20,000 bases of DNA from Vezdaea acicularis (taxonomy: Eukaryota), in NCBI GenBank assembly GCA_026025075.1, contig JAPEUI010000089.1, forward strand, positions 47,061 to 67,060, written 5' to 3'. Under the pieces are notes generated by a model. The model searched no databases, was not told where the DNA came from, and saw nothing but the letters and a program-made list of their open reading frames with translations. The translations under genes and the position numbers were made by a program. Each line of letters begins with the position of its first letter. Positions within the stretch are counted from its first letter, which is position 1. This document shows positions 10,689 through 20,000 of this stretch, piece after piece.

Positions 10689-11887
10689 GGACTCGATGAG
10701 CCGCGTTTTATAGGTGCAGGCGCAAACAGGACGGAGGAGCGCAGGTATGGGATGGCCAAGTTAGGCAGAGCCTGGAAGCTTCGATGATCAGGCGATTCGG
10801 TTGAGCAATTGCTTAGAAGTGTGTTCCTCAGAAAGAAAACAGGGAGTTCTGACGTTAAGGGGTACATTCGGTGCTATTAAGTTGATTCTCTACGGAATCT
10901 ACATAGGGGCGGGGAAGTATCAAATGCTGAGCCAATTCTTTGTCAAGCCCCACTAACCTGTATCCTTCGGTAAACATGGGCCGAGGTTTCCGCCTGGAGC
11001 GGTTGACTAAGACTCCTGTCAGCAAGTGATGAATAAAGTTTGTAACAAATTCCGAAATTCCGCACCTAGGGGAAGTTAGCGTGCGCTAAGAGACTTGCGG
11101 ACGGTCGCGAACTACCCGGCATGCTCGCCCACGAATCGCATATTCTGCATTTCGACCATTCAGTCTACTCTAGTGGGCTATGATTGGCCTGCTGAGAGGT
11201 ATAGGGAATATAATGTGCCCAGACTCCAAGAGTCTCATGTTGCTTTCCGTTGCCTTGCTATTACAGAGCGAAATTGATGGACCCGGATGATTTCTCGAGA
11301 CACCCTTTTCAACTCTGGTGCACTTTCCGGTAATTCATGACTAGCATGGGAGCACGACGGAGAATTAGCGGGGACTGTTTGTTACATAGTGGACCGCTCG
11401 TACAATAATCAAAATGAGCCTTTGGCATGAGTTATGGAGTTGTATGTCCGTCCTGTCTCAATCTACTTAAAGGCACCGACCAGAACAGTCTTCAGCCACC
11501 ACAATCAAGATCAGAAGTGGCATATAGGGCCTGCACGAAAGCATGATTTAAACTATAGTGGCAGGCCCAAATTGACGCAGAAACTAAGCCTGTCAAATGA
11601 TTAGATGTTATATGTACTAAATCCTTCCTTGCTAATGCAATTGCGATACCGGGTGTACAAATTCAGGCTTGGCCAAGAAGTTGAACTTCGGCGTATCTGC
11701 TATGACAGATATGAAACATGTGGCGCTCCTCATTGTAAATATCACAGAGGCGTAGAGGTCCAGTATTTGTACAGGGAACATATCCATAGAAGGCGAAGTG
11801 CTCGCTTAGTTCAGATGCTAATGGTTCTAAACGTGGTATGAAAGGTGCCCGGGGTGAAGGCTTCGAGAGCTCCAGATTGATTTGGGT

Positions 11888-14800
11888 CTAAAACCCGAAC
11901 GGATTGTCAGGCGCTACAATTTGTTAGCTGCTATATAGCTTATGAGCATGGATTCAACTCACTGGCTTGAGCTAGGTTTGCTCTCTTCCCTGTGGGCTGC
12001 GATATCAACTTTTGGGCACCGCCAGGTACACCAAAGCGGACTGGAGGTGGTGGCCCCGTCTTCTGAGGCACAAGAGGAGTAGCGGCAGGTTGTTGCGGCA
12101 TCTGGGTCATCGGAGGCATTGGAGGGACTGGAGGAATTTGTGGCTGGCCAAAGTTTTGTTGGAAGCTCACGGGCCCTGTGGGTTGTGGTTGAAGGGCAGG
12201 TGGTAGCATCGAATTGATGCCCGTCGGCTGCGGTTGCTGGTATCCTGTTGGCTGTGGAGCTATCGACTGAAACGGGCCGGGCTGGGCTGGGCTGGCGAAA
12301 GGACTTCCGGCAGATTGGGGTCCAAGGAATTGAGAGTTTGACGGGAAATTATTTTGTTTGGGTGGCTGCTGGTGGGCAAATGCACTTGTTTGGGGGTTTA
12401 TCTGGTTGCCAAATTGACCGAATCCGGTGGCTTGTGGAGCGAGCCCGCTAGGTTGCTGCATATACCCGGTGATTTGCGGTTGTAGCTGTTGCTGCTGCTG
12501 GTATTGCTGCTCAAGCCTCATTTGGCCGAGATTATTCAGGCTTTGACCTGGAGGGGCAATGGAAGGTTGGTAATTTGTTGGGTTCTGGTAACCTGTCAAC
12601 TGTGGTTGTAAAGGCGGCGGTCCGAACCCATTCGGCTGTGATGCATTCTGAGGCGCTGAGAGTGGCCGAGGTGGAGGTGGTGGCATTAGAGAAGCCTGGC
12701 CCTGCATGATCTGTGGTACCTGAGGTCGTTGCCGTGGAGGTGCGTTTTGCTGTGTGGACGGTGGTTGATTGAAACCCGTCTGCTGAGGTACAAAAGTATT
12801 GATTGAAGGAGGTTGGGGCTGAGATGGATTCTGCTGATTGATTTGCGAGAAGAATCCAGGGTTCGCGCCAGACTGTGGTGGCTGCGACACTGTTGTTTGA
12901 GTCTGTGATGTTTGTGGGCTTTGCACGGGAGCGGGTGGATGGCTTTGCGCTGGCTGGGTTCCTGTTGCGTGTGCAATGGTTGGCTGTAGAGGCATATCTA
13001 ACAGCGACAGGTCATTCATTGCACCGCTTAGAGGCGGTTGGGGTAGAGGTTGCTGTGCAGAGGCAGCAGGTGGTGGGCTGCTTGCTTTCCTTGCCTCCGC
13101 TGTCTGCTGCTTAGAAGGTTTTACATCCCAAGCATCGTCATCGAACCCACTCTTCTTAGATGTCGGAACATTTGTCAGTGGCGTCGGTGTCCCTCCATCT
13201 AACTGTGGTTTTTTGGATGACGGAGAACGATCTTCTCGTTGGAAAGCCTTTGGATCAACGACATCGTTGGTTTGTACGGCTGGAGCAGGGCGGCCTTTCC
13301 GTGTGTTGTTTCTCAGCGCACCTCCTGGGCCTGAGAATAAGCTACCGTTTGTGGCCTCCGCCTCGTCGCCGTCTCCCATCACTTCAGCCCCACCAAAGCT
13401 TACATTCCTCTTAGTTCGATTTGCCGTCCGCCCAAACCTTGTGTCTAAGTTCTTCATCACTCGGAGAATATCTCCTTCTTTTAGGCCTAGGGTCCTTAGA
13501 TTGCTGGATGTGATATCCGGTAGCACGCTTTCATCCATGGAGTCGCGGATGAAGGTTTGCGCGTAACGTTGACAAAGATGAGGACCAACGCCACATTGGA
13601 GAAAAAAGTCAAACCAGTACGAATCGTCTTTCTTCGTCTCAATGGTAGCTCCAACATTCTGCTGGCTAGAAGACTTGCTGGAAGGCTGCAATCTTTGCTT
13701 TCGAATGTCGGAAAGTGGCTTGTCTTCGTCCAAAGACTGTCCGGTGACGGTCTCCACATACTCAAGATCTGCAGGTGACATTTTGGCAACGGGAACAGCG
13801 ATTTTAACGCCATTGAGTTTATGAAGATGAATTTTGCCATCCTTACAGCCGATAAACTCAGCTTCGACCTTGAAAGACGCAGTACGATCTGTCCAGGTCC
13901 TAATCTTGGCCGTATCTGGTTCTTTGAAAGGTCAGCATCTTGAAGTGTTCGGAAAGAATGAACATACTTGGTTTCGACGTATTAGGAGACCGAGGATCGG
14001 ATTTGCTTTCGCGCTTATTACGCTGTAAAGCATCACCGTTACTATTGTCTCTCGACATCAAACTACTACCTCGTTCAGGTAGTCTTACTCCTGGGCCTAC
14101 CTCTGATGCCTTTGTTATACTCCCGCTCCTATCTCTTGTTGACCTTGACGCTTCTCTAGCAAGTCTCTCCTCTTCCAGCCGGTTCTGTTGGACATTAGAT
14201 CGGCCAGCGTTGATGCCAGAAGTACTTGTGGATGGAGCTGATGCAGCGCCAGTAATCTCAATATACTGGCTTGGTACGACACCTTCTTTGCCGTTCTTGA
14301 GTCGCCGAATCATCCACCATTCATCACTTTTTGTATCATCGACGATGATGACTTCGTCATCTACTGCGACAGTGACTTCATCATCGCTTTGGGCTACGAA
14401 GTCGTAAAGCATACGACCCATCTTTTGGCCACCTCCAGAGCTAGCAGCCAGGACCTCTTTTAAGCCCTCGGCCCTGACAGCTCCAGCCATCTCCCCAAGG
14501 GCACCGACAATCTCTCGCGCGGTGTCTTTCGCGCCAGCATGAAAATCGACACTCTTCGCTGGTCGGACAAGCTCCATAAATATCCGCTTGCCCTCGATGG
14601 AATAGTGCGTAAGCTTTTCGGCAGTCCATTCCTGCTGTTCTCCATCGCGAGACTTCGCAGGAGCAATCGTTATATTGCCAGTAGCAATATTCAAGCCCAG
14701 AGTCGTCGGCACTTTCTTTTGCTTGCCCATGACAGAAACCACCTCATGAATATTATACAGATGGAATCCACCCGGGCTAGCATGGGTAGGTGGGATTTCG

Positions 14801-15737
14801 TCATCTAAATCACGATGGCTCACACGGTTGTAAGGTGGGGACGCTACTACACCCGACGTTCTCTGAATTTTCGGCGAAGCCTTTCGAGGTGGCGGTGACA
14901 CTTCTTGCGAAACCGGACGCTGTGGAAGCACTGGAGCAGGTTCATCATCAGATGCATCAGGTGTGAGGATAGGTCTCTCGGGAGGCAGCACAGGTGGAGA
15001 TGCAGGGGAAGGGAGATCCCGCTGACTGCGAGAGCTGGTAGATTGCTTTTGTTGTATGATGCCCGCAAGAGTAGCGGCTGGACTCTGAGTAGGACTTACA
15101 GGCGAGCTTGGAGCCTTGAGGGATTCAACCTCTCCTTCATGAGACGAGGTTCGTGCTGCAGCCGTCTGGCTCCGGGGGATTGTTGAGCTAGACTCCAAGA
15201 GCTCGATATAGTTTGCAGGGACGAAGCCATACTCTCCATTCAAGCCTACTAGAGTCCAGTCCTCGTCTGAAGTGTCATAGACATCTAGAGACGCGTCTTC
15301 CGAGAATGAAAGCTCTTCATCGGTCTGTCGAGCGTAATCGTAGAGCGCTTTCGCTTGGTGGGAGGGCTTAGCCTATTGAAGAAAGTAGAAGTCAGTTAGG
15401 GACTTGCCGACGATCATGGTTGAGTGCGAAGTCCTGTATCGGTAGAAGCTAGGTGACTAGGGGCAACGTAGGATAATCTACCATAGCTTTTGGTGTTTAT
15501 GGCACGAGACGACAGATACGAAAGTTCTTGAACACCTACTTCCTCTATGTAGTTGTTCGGTATTAGACCAGTAGGCTCCTCTTCATCTGGGCTTGAGGCT
15601 CTCTTCTTAGCCTTCCACCAGTCATCATCCGTGTCCTTCTCAAGGACAAACAATAGGTCACCTTCTTGAATCGCTAGCTCACCGGGTTGATGTGGCGCGT
15701 AATCATAGATTGCCGTGTAAACACCGAGGAAGCCCAT
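11888..15737 (-). CDS. SLA1: Endocytic adaptor Sla1 (3 SH3 domains, SHD1, SAM/SHD2, PQxTG repeats); exons 15737-15540, 15372-13968, 13921 or 13915 to 11963, 11913-11888
   Basis: SH3-1 YTAIYDY...DDDWWKAKK...GLIPNNYIEE; SH3-2 ALYDY...YGFVPANYIE; SH3-3 MLYDF...EWWMIRR...GVVPSQYIE; SHD1 RTWTDRTASFKVEAEFIG...IHLHKLNGVKIAVPVAKMS; WFDFFLQCG...LGLKEGDILRV; many PQxTG repeats; spliced C-terminus ANLAQATPDNPFGF*. Three GT-AG introns with CTRAC branch points. Confidence 0.95.
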
Positions 15738-16396
15738 CGTAGCGTTCCTTCAGGGATCGGCGCCTCAAATGCCACAATAATTGCTTCTTAAGGCCTTGAG
15801 AGCTCGATGACCGTGAGTGAATGTTGCGGTGGGATGTGCGTTAAGCTCAGATAGCTGAGCACTGCTGATGGCCGCGACGTAGGGAACTTCAGAATCGCCC
15901 GTTGATTAATCTGATGCTTTTGGTAGGGAGCAACCACCCAAATCTTAGAAGCATAGGATTATTAGGACAACAAGCTGTCACCATAGCTACAGAGATGTTT
16001 CATCGCTAATGAGTGACTAGATATGTAATACAAACGGTGATTGCTTGAGTGGGTAGTTGACAGTCCATTCTAGTGCGTGGTCGCAATGCCATGCCTTCGC
16101 TTGGTTGGAAGCCCGCATAACAAAAACCCCCGACCAGCTAGGAGCACGGCCACGTGAGTAAGCCTATGTACTACAGCATTGAGGCTCCCGCACCTTAATA
16201 CTTTAGGTATAAAATATTATGATGGTATTGCAATCGCAAACCTCTGATAGACTAACTTGACCCTGAGATCATGGACATTCGTTGAAGGCCGGGTTCATAT
16301 AGCGGATGGGCTTTGCTTAGTACTAAAGGGGGCAGAGGATAATGTCAATGGCGCAGCAGCGATCTTTCCTCACACAACAACGCAAAGTGCCTCGGG

Positions 16397-16763
16397 CTCG
16401 AAGGCACAACGGAGCCCCCCAGCCCAGAGCACGATACTCCAAAGAGAGCGAAAGCGCTGTACTCCCAAGCTCATTCCAAAAAGTGTTGCTGGTAGATTGC
16501 TGATGATATTGGCACTGCTGAAAGCGCTGTACTCCCAAGCTCATTCCAAAGAGTGTTGCTGGTAGATTGCTGATGATATTGGCACTGCTAAAAGCTATGT
16601 ATGCCAGAGGGTAGAAATGTCCGCTTTTCAGATAGACGTTTCGCTTGAGGCCATACAAAGCTGTGGACAAAATTCATGGTGCATTGAACGGGGTTCCCCC
16701 ATAGCTACATACTTCATATTCGAAAGTACAAAGTGGCCCTGCCAGGCAGCAGATATGATTTGA
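16397..16763 (+). pseudogene. Possible degenerate N-terminal helix-turn-helix fragment of a Tc1/mariner-type transposase
   Basis: Removing one 70-bp copy gives LEGTTEPPSPEHDTPKRAKALYSQAHSKKCCW*IADDIGTAKSYVCQRVEM..., which resembles the HTH pattern (QIAxxLGxxKSTV). Pattern recognition only; no TIRs identified. Confidence 0.35.
16450..16589. repeat. Tandem duplication, 2 x 70 bp with one mismatch
   Basis: GAAAGCGCTGTACTCCCAAGCTCATTCCAAA(A/G)AGTGTTGCTGGTAGATTGCTGATGATATTGGCACTGCT at 16450-16519 and 16520-16589. Confidence 0.97.
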
Positions 16764-16889
16764 AGTATGAGTGTTTCACAGGAGTATTGGTGTAGTACTA
16801 TTGAGCTAATACTAAGAATAATCATCATTGATTTCCATTTGCATATGCGCCATTAATTTTGTTCCCTACTTTGGTAGGCGTCATATCAA

Positions 16890-18096
16890 TTGTGATATCA
16901 TTCAAAAATGATTAATGCAATGCAAAGATAGATTAATGAGCATATAAAATTTTGAAATTTTCTATTTAAGCTATTTCTTAAAGATTTTTATACAATTGAT
17001 CATAATATAAAAGTTTAAACATATTTAATTTGTTGATTCAAACTTTAATTACTATAATAGTGATTAAATTTAAATTAACAATAAATTATCAAAACTTTTT
17101 TTTACTTGCACAAAATATTAATTAAATATTTATTGCTAATTTATTATGCTCAAAAAACACCTAATAGATTATAAAATACAAAATTAAATGCAACAAATTT
17201 TCTCAATGTATTTACTTGTATTTTTTTTTTGCTATAAAATTTTTATTCTATTTTTTTGTTTAAGTTTCTCAATCTATTACTTAATAATTTAAATGCATGA
17301 TATAATTACGCATTTTAGCCCTGTATTGAATATTATAACACCACAAAAAAGCCATATTTTAGAGAACAGATTAATATCTTTTATATATTTTTTTATATTT
17401 TTAGTAAATAGCAATAATATCTATTTAATTTCTAAAAAATTTCATTTTTTGATTTTTAGATCTTTTTAATATCCAAAATACAGCAGATGACTTGGATATC
17501 TATAATTTTGAATTAATAACTGGGATGTCCACAAAAGTTTTACTCTTGTGATTAATTGATTTTTTCTACTAATATTTATAGCCTATAGGCTATGTTTAAT
17601 TTTTTCACGCTTTTACAATTTCTGAATGTATGCTTCAATACTTGAGTGGCTGCATTGCAACTGTAAAAGTGAGCACAAGCTCTGCTTCTTTTTTAAAAAT
17701 AGAGCAGACGTACGCTCAACGAGATGTATGCAGGCTATGAGGCTATAATAACTAGATATAATGATATATGGCCAGTATAATAATAGTTATCCAATTTAAT
17801 AAGATAATATAGATATAATGGATTTTGATAAATATAATAAAAATGCTATGAAGGCTTATATATCTTAGTTATAGTATAGAAATAAAACTATTCAATAACA
17901 AGCTATTGGGATAATGCTATTGAGTATATATAAAAAAGAGTTTTGAGTTTTGTTTTCTTTGAACTAGATTTTAAATAACACTTATTTTGCTTAGCCTGCT
18001 ATAGCTTCATTGTTAAGCCATCAAAAAAGTGATAGCGGCATTTTACATTAATGATTTTTTATCTTCAGAGTATTGGTCAATTAATATAAAAATAAG
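16890..18096. repeat. Very AT-rich degenerate block, probably a RIP-like mutated repeat relic
   Basis: Abrupt compositional shift from the gene block, long A/T runs, almost no CpG, no credible ORFs, and it directly abuts an LTR. Confidence 0.7.
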
Positions 18097-18507
18097 TGTA
18101 AGGATAGGCCAGTGCTTTGTCAGGGAGCGAGGGTCTGTAGGCGTGTGAGCTAACTCCCAAGGACTCAAGAACTTGCAGACGAAGACTAGATGCAGTGATA
18201 GTACTGGGACAAGGCAAGACGAGGCAAGGCAAGATAGGAGAAAGGTCAGACGAAGCAAAGCGAGGATGCCTTCCTACTAGTTATTCAGATGAATAGATGA
18301 GTTGATTGCTAAAGAGCTATCCTAAGGGAAGCGGCAGCTCTAATAGCTACGCTCGTCTATGTCAGATGATCTAAGAACCACCTGGCCTTATGCTAGGTGC
18401 TAGGAAGCTAGGCGAAGTAGAAGCAAAGCTAAAGCGAAGCTAGCCTCCTTACCCCTTATTCATCCCAAAAGACTTGATAGAAGCTAGGGGCTAATACAGT
18501 CATTACA
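18097..18507 (-). repeat. 3' LTR (411 bp)
   Basis: Bounded by the inverted termini TGTAA (18097) and TTACA (18507). Composition changes sharply at 18097 and a PPT lies next to 18507. The second LTR copy is not in the window. Confidence 0.8.
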
Positions 18508-18855
18508 GTACGTCCCCCCTCCAAGTGACAAGCTCCTGCGAGTCTTTAGCAAGTTTATTCATCTAGTAATGATGCCCAGGCATCAGGCGAAGCAGGGCGA
18601 AGGAAAGCGAAACTAAGGCAAAGATTGGCGAAGCTAGACAAAGCTGAAGCGAAGATGGAACGAAGTTGACCTATGGGCAGGGGCCAAACTCCTGAGGGTG
18701 TTGTGGAATGGGATAACCCTGAGTTGATGGCAACCATGGAGAAGACAAAGGAGAAGCCTAAGGAGAAGCCTAAGGAGAAGGCTAAAGAGGTAGGACAGAC
18801 TGTGTCCAGAAGAACTAGGGCTAAGACTGTGGTTATGACTGATGCTCAGGAGTAG
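18508..18855 (+). pseudogene. Decayed ORF antisense to the retroelement (K/E/R-rich)
   Basis: One frame reads VRPPSK*QAPASL*QVYSSSNDAQASGEAGRRKAKLRQRLAKLDKAEAKMERS*PMGRGQTPEGVVEWDNPELMATMEKTKEKPKEKPKEKAKEVGQTVSRRTRAKTVVMTDAQE*. All internal stops are TGA or TAG, one C>T change away from CGA or CAG. Confidence 0.45.
18513..18522 (-). other. Polypurine tract (plus-strand primer site)
   Basis: Minus strand reads GGAGGGGGGA-CGTAC-TGTAAT, a purine run 5 nt before the LTR's TG. Confidence 0.8.
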
Positions 18856-19004
18856 CCAGTCAGACGAAGATAGACGAAGATGAGATTTAAACTTTTCTTC
18901 CAAGACCCAGACTTGGGTGAGCAAGGACTAGGACTTAACAACAATAGGAGATGGTGGAAGAAGCTTCATATGGTGCACTCTCTTTAATACCACCATAGTC
19001 TATA

Positions 19005-19291
19005 TGTTGTGGGACAGCGGGATAGGGGCAGGAGCAGGAGCAGGTACGCTATATACTAACAGACGCAGCCTCCTTATAGCGCCTGCCCATAGGGGCAGCG
19101 CTATAAGGCATGCGACTGCCCTACAACGGACAGCGCTTACCGCGCTGTCCTGACCGGGCAGTCGTGACCGGGCACGTGATGGCCCATATATATAGCGTAT
19201 CCTCCTAGATAGAAACAATGCAACTCTTTCATCATAAACCCGTATCAGAACGCCTTGTCCTTGCAGGGTCTGGACACCCCGTGCCCTGACA
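19005..19291 (+). mobile_element. Solo LTR of a second family (287 bp), nested in opposite orientation
   Basis: TGTTG...TGACA ends, GC-rich U3-like part, TATATATA at 19187-19194, then an AT-richer R/U5-like part. No visible similarity to the 18097-18507 LTR. It interrupts the pol frame exactly at 19291. Confidence 0.7.
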
Positions 19292-19345
19292 GAACAGCAG
19301 AATGATCAACTAGTGACAAAGGAGAGATTTGAAAGGATTGCAGTG

Positions 19346-19400
19346 ACCTAATGTCTTCACCCAACTTAGGTGCTTTTGTTGCTGGGTTCAGGAGTTTTTT
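19346..19400 (-). promoter_or_regulatory. -1 programmed ribosomal frameshift signal (slippery heptamer plus predicted H-type pseudoknot)
   Basis: A_AAA_AAC in the gag frame (19400-19394), 6-nt spacer, stem 1 ACCCAGC/GTTGGGT, stem 2 ACCTAA/TTAGGT. The -1 frame is open downstream. Confidence 0.8.
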
Positions 19401-19999
19401 GATGAAGGAGCAAAGCTAGGCGAAGAAGCATAGTCTGAGGAAGAGATTGATTCTGCAGCTTCAGGAGGCATCAAAGCCATAGCTGAAGCATTGGTTGAAG
19501 GTCCTGCATTAGTAGCCGGACAATTAGCTACCTTATGGCCTGATTGTCCACAGTATAAACAAAGGTTGTTCTTAAGCCTATAGCTTCGTTCCCCAGGAGT
19601 AAGCTTCTTATGAAGTCTGGTACTCTGATATTGAAGCACGTCTAGCTCCATAGGCTGCGGTCCCAAGTAGTTATTGCCCCCAGGTCGGTGATTAAAACCT
19701 CTTTGATTCTCTCTAAGTTGAGGAGAGTATGCTCTGACAGGCAAAGGCGAGGCAAAAAGACTCTTCTCTTTTTTTCGCTCAAATATTCTATTGTCCAGGC
19801 GTACTGCCTTCTCAATGAGCTCTAATAGTGTAGCCGGTTTTTCAATCCTTGCCAATTCATCTTTGACCGAGTCTTTCAATCCCTTATAGAATGTAAAGCA
19901 GAGAGCATCATCATTCCAGCGAAGATGCGAAGCTATCCTTTGAAACTCAGATGCATATTGAGAAGCCGAAGTAGTTTGCTTTAAAGTAGCTAGCTGGCG
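19388..19999 (-). CDS. gag: Ty3/Gypsy Gag, C-terminal part (capsid C-terminal domain plus CCHC zinc knuckle), 5'-partial
   Basis: Open frame from the window edge: RQLATLKQTTSASQYASEFQRIASHLRWNDDALCFTFYKGLKDSVKDEL...AVRLDNR...GPQPMELD...NNLCLYCGQSGHKVANCP...SSKNS*. Confidence 0.93.
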   Translation of the reverse strand, partial: RQLATLKQTTSASQYASEFQRIASHLRWNDDALCFTFYKGLKDSVKDELARIEKPATLLELIEKAVRLDNRIFERKKEKSLFASPLPVRAYSPQLRENQRGFNHRPGGNNYLGPQPMELDVLQYQSTRLHKKLTPGERSYRLKNNLCLYCGQSGHKVANCPATNAGPSTNASAMALMPPEAAESISSSDYASSPSFAPSSKNS

Positions 20000-20000
20000 T

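Larger units (their letters stand above)
18097..20000 (-). mobile_element. Ty3/Gypsy LTR retrotransposon, internally deleted (gag, pol stub, 3' region, PPT, 3' LTR); 5' part lies beyond the right edge
   Basis: Order on the minus strand: gag with zinc knuckle, slippery site, short pol-frame stub, foreign LTR, 3' region, PPT, TG..CA-bounded LTR. That both halves come from one element is an inference. Confidence 0.85.

Noticed and set aside
9378..10713. ORFs overlapping the tRNA and antisense to the pirin gene
   Set aside because: No recognisable motifs; explained by the tRNA, the intron and the pirin coding strand.
11527..11568. Inverted repeat GGGCCTGC...GCAGGCCC in the pirin-SLA1 intergenic region
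   Set aside because: An 8-bp stem alone is compatible with chance, and I found no snoRNA, ribozyme or MITE features.
12012..15186. Multiple plus-strand ORFs of 60-196 aa
   Set aside because: Antisense shadows of the low-complexity SLA1 CDS.
16499..16521. TGATGA...CTGA resembling C/D snoRNA boxes, and a CRISPR-like reading of the 70-bp repeat
   Set aside because: The boxes are too close together, the CTGA arises only at the duplication junction, and there are just two abutting copies with no spacers in a eukaryotic context.
17640..17725. Ankyrin-like peptide LHCNCKSEH...KNRADV in the AT-rich block
   Set aside because: Spacing does not fit the ankyrin consensus and only one such unit is visible.
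18860..19004. Possible integrase or chromodomain tail on the minus strand
   Set aside because: No GPY/F or chromodomain motif was recognisable in any of the three frames.

Overview
Filamentous ascomycete (Pezizomycotina-like) nuclear DNA. Positions 1-15.7 kb are a compact block of conserved genes with short GT-AG introns: PRP4 (-, runs off the left edge), PTC7/Azr1 PP2C phosphatase (+), MPS1 kinase (+), JAC1 co-chaperone (+), YOS9 lectin (+), a pirin (-) whose single long intron contains an antisense tRNA-Gly(GCC) gene, and SLA1 (-). From about 16.3 kb the window becomes repeat-derived. It holds a 70-bp tandem duplication over a probable transposase helix-turn-helix relic, about 1.2 kb of very AT-rich degenerate DNA, and a minus-strand Ty3/Gypsy LTR retrotransposon. 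That element retains an open gag, an A_AAA_AAC slippery site with a predicted H-type pseudoknot, a PPT, a 3' LTR and a decayed antisense ORF. Its pol is replaced by a hairpin-rich solo LTR of another family with no target-site duplication. I found no clearly novel multi-gene system. The most notable items are the intronic tRNA and the internal architecture of the retroelement. All calls come from manual reading and translation, with no database searches.
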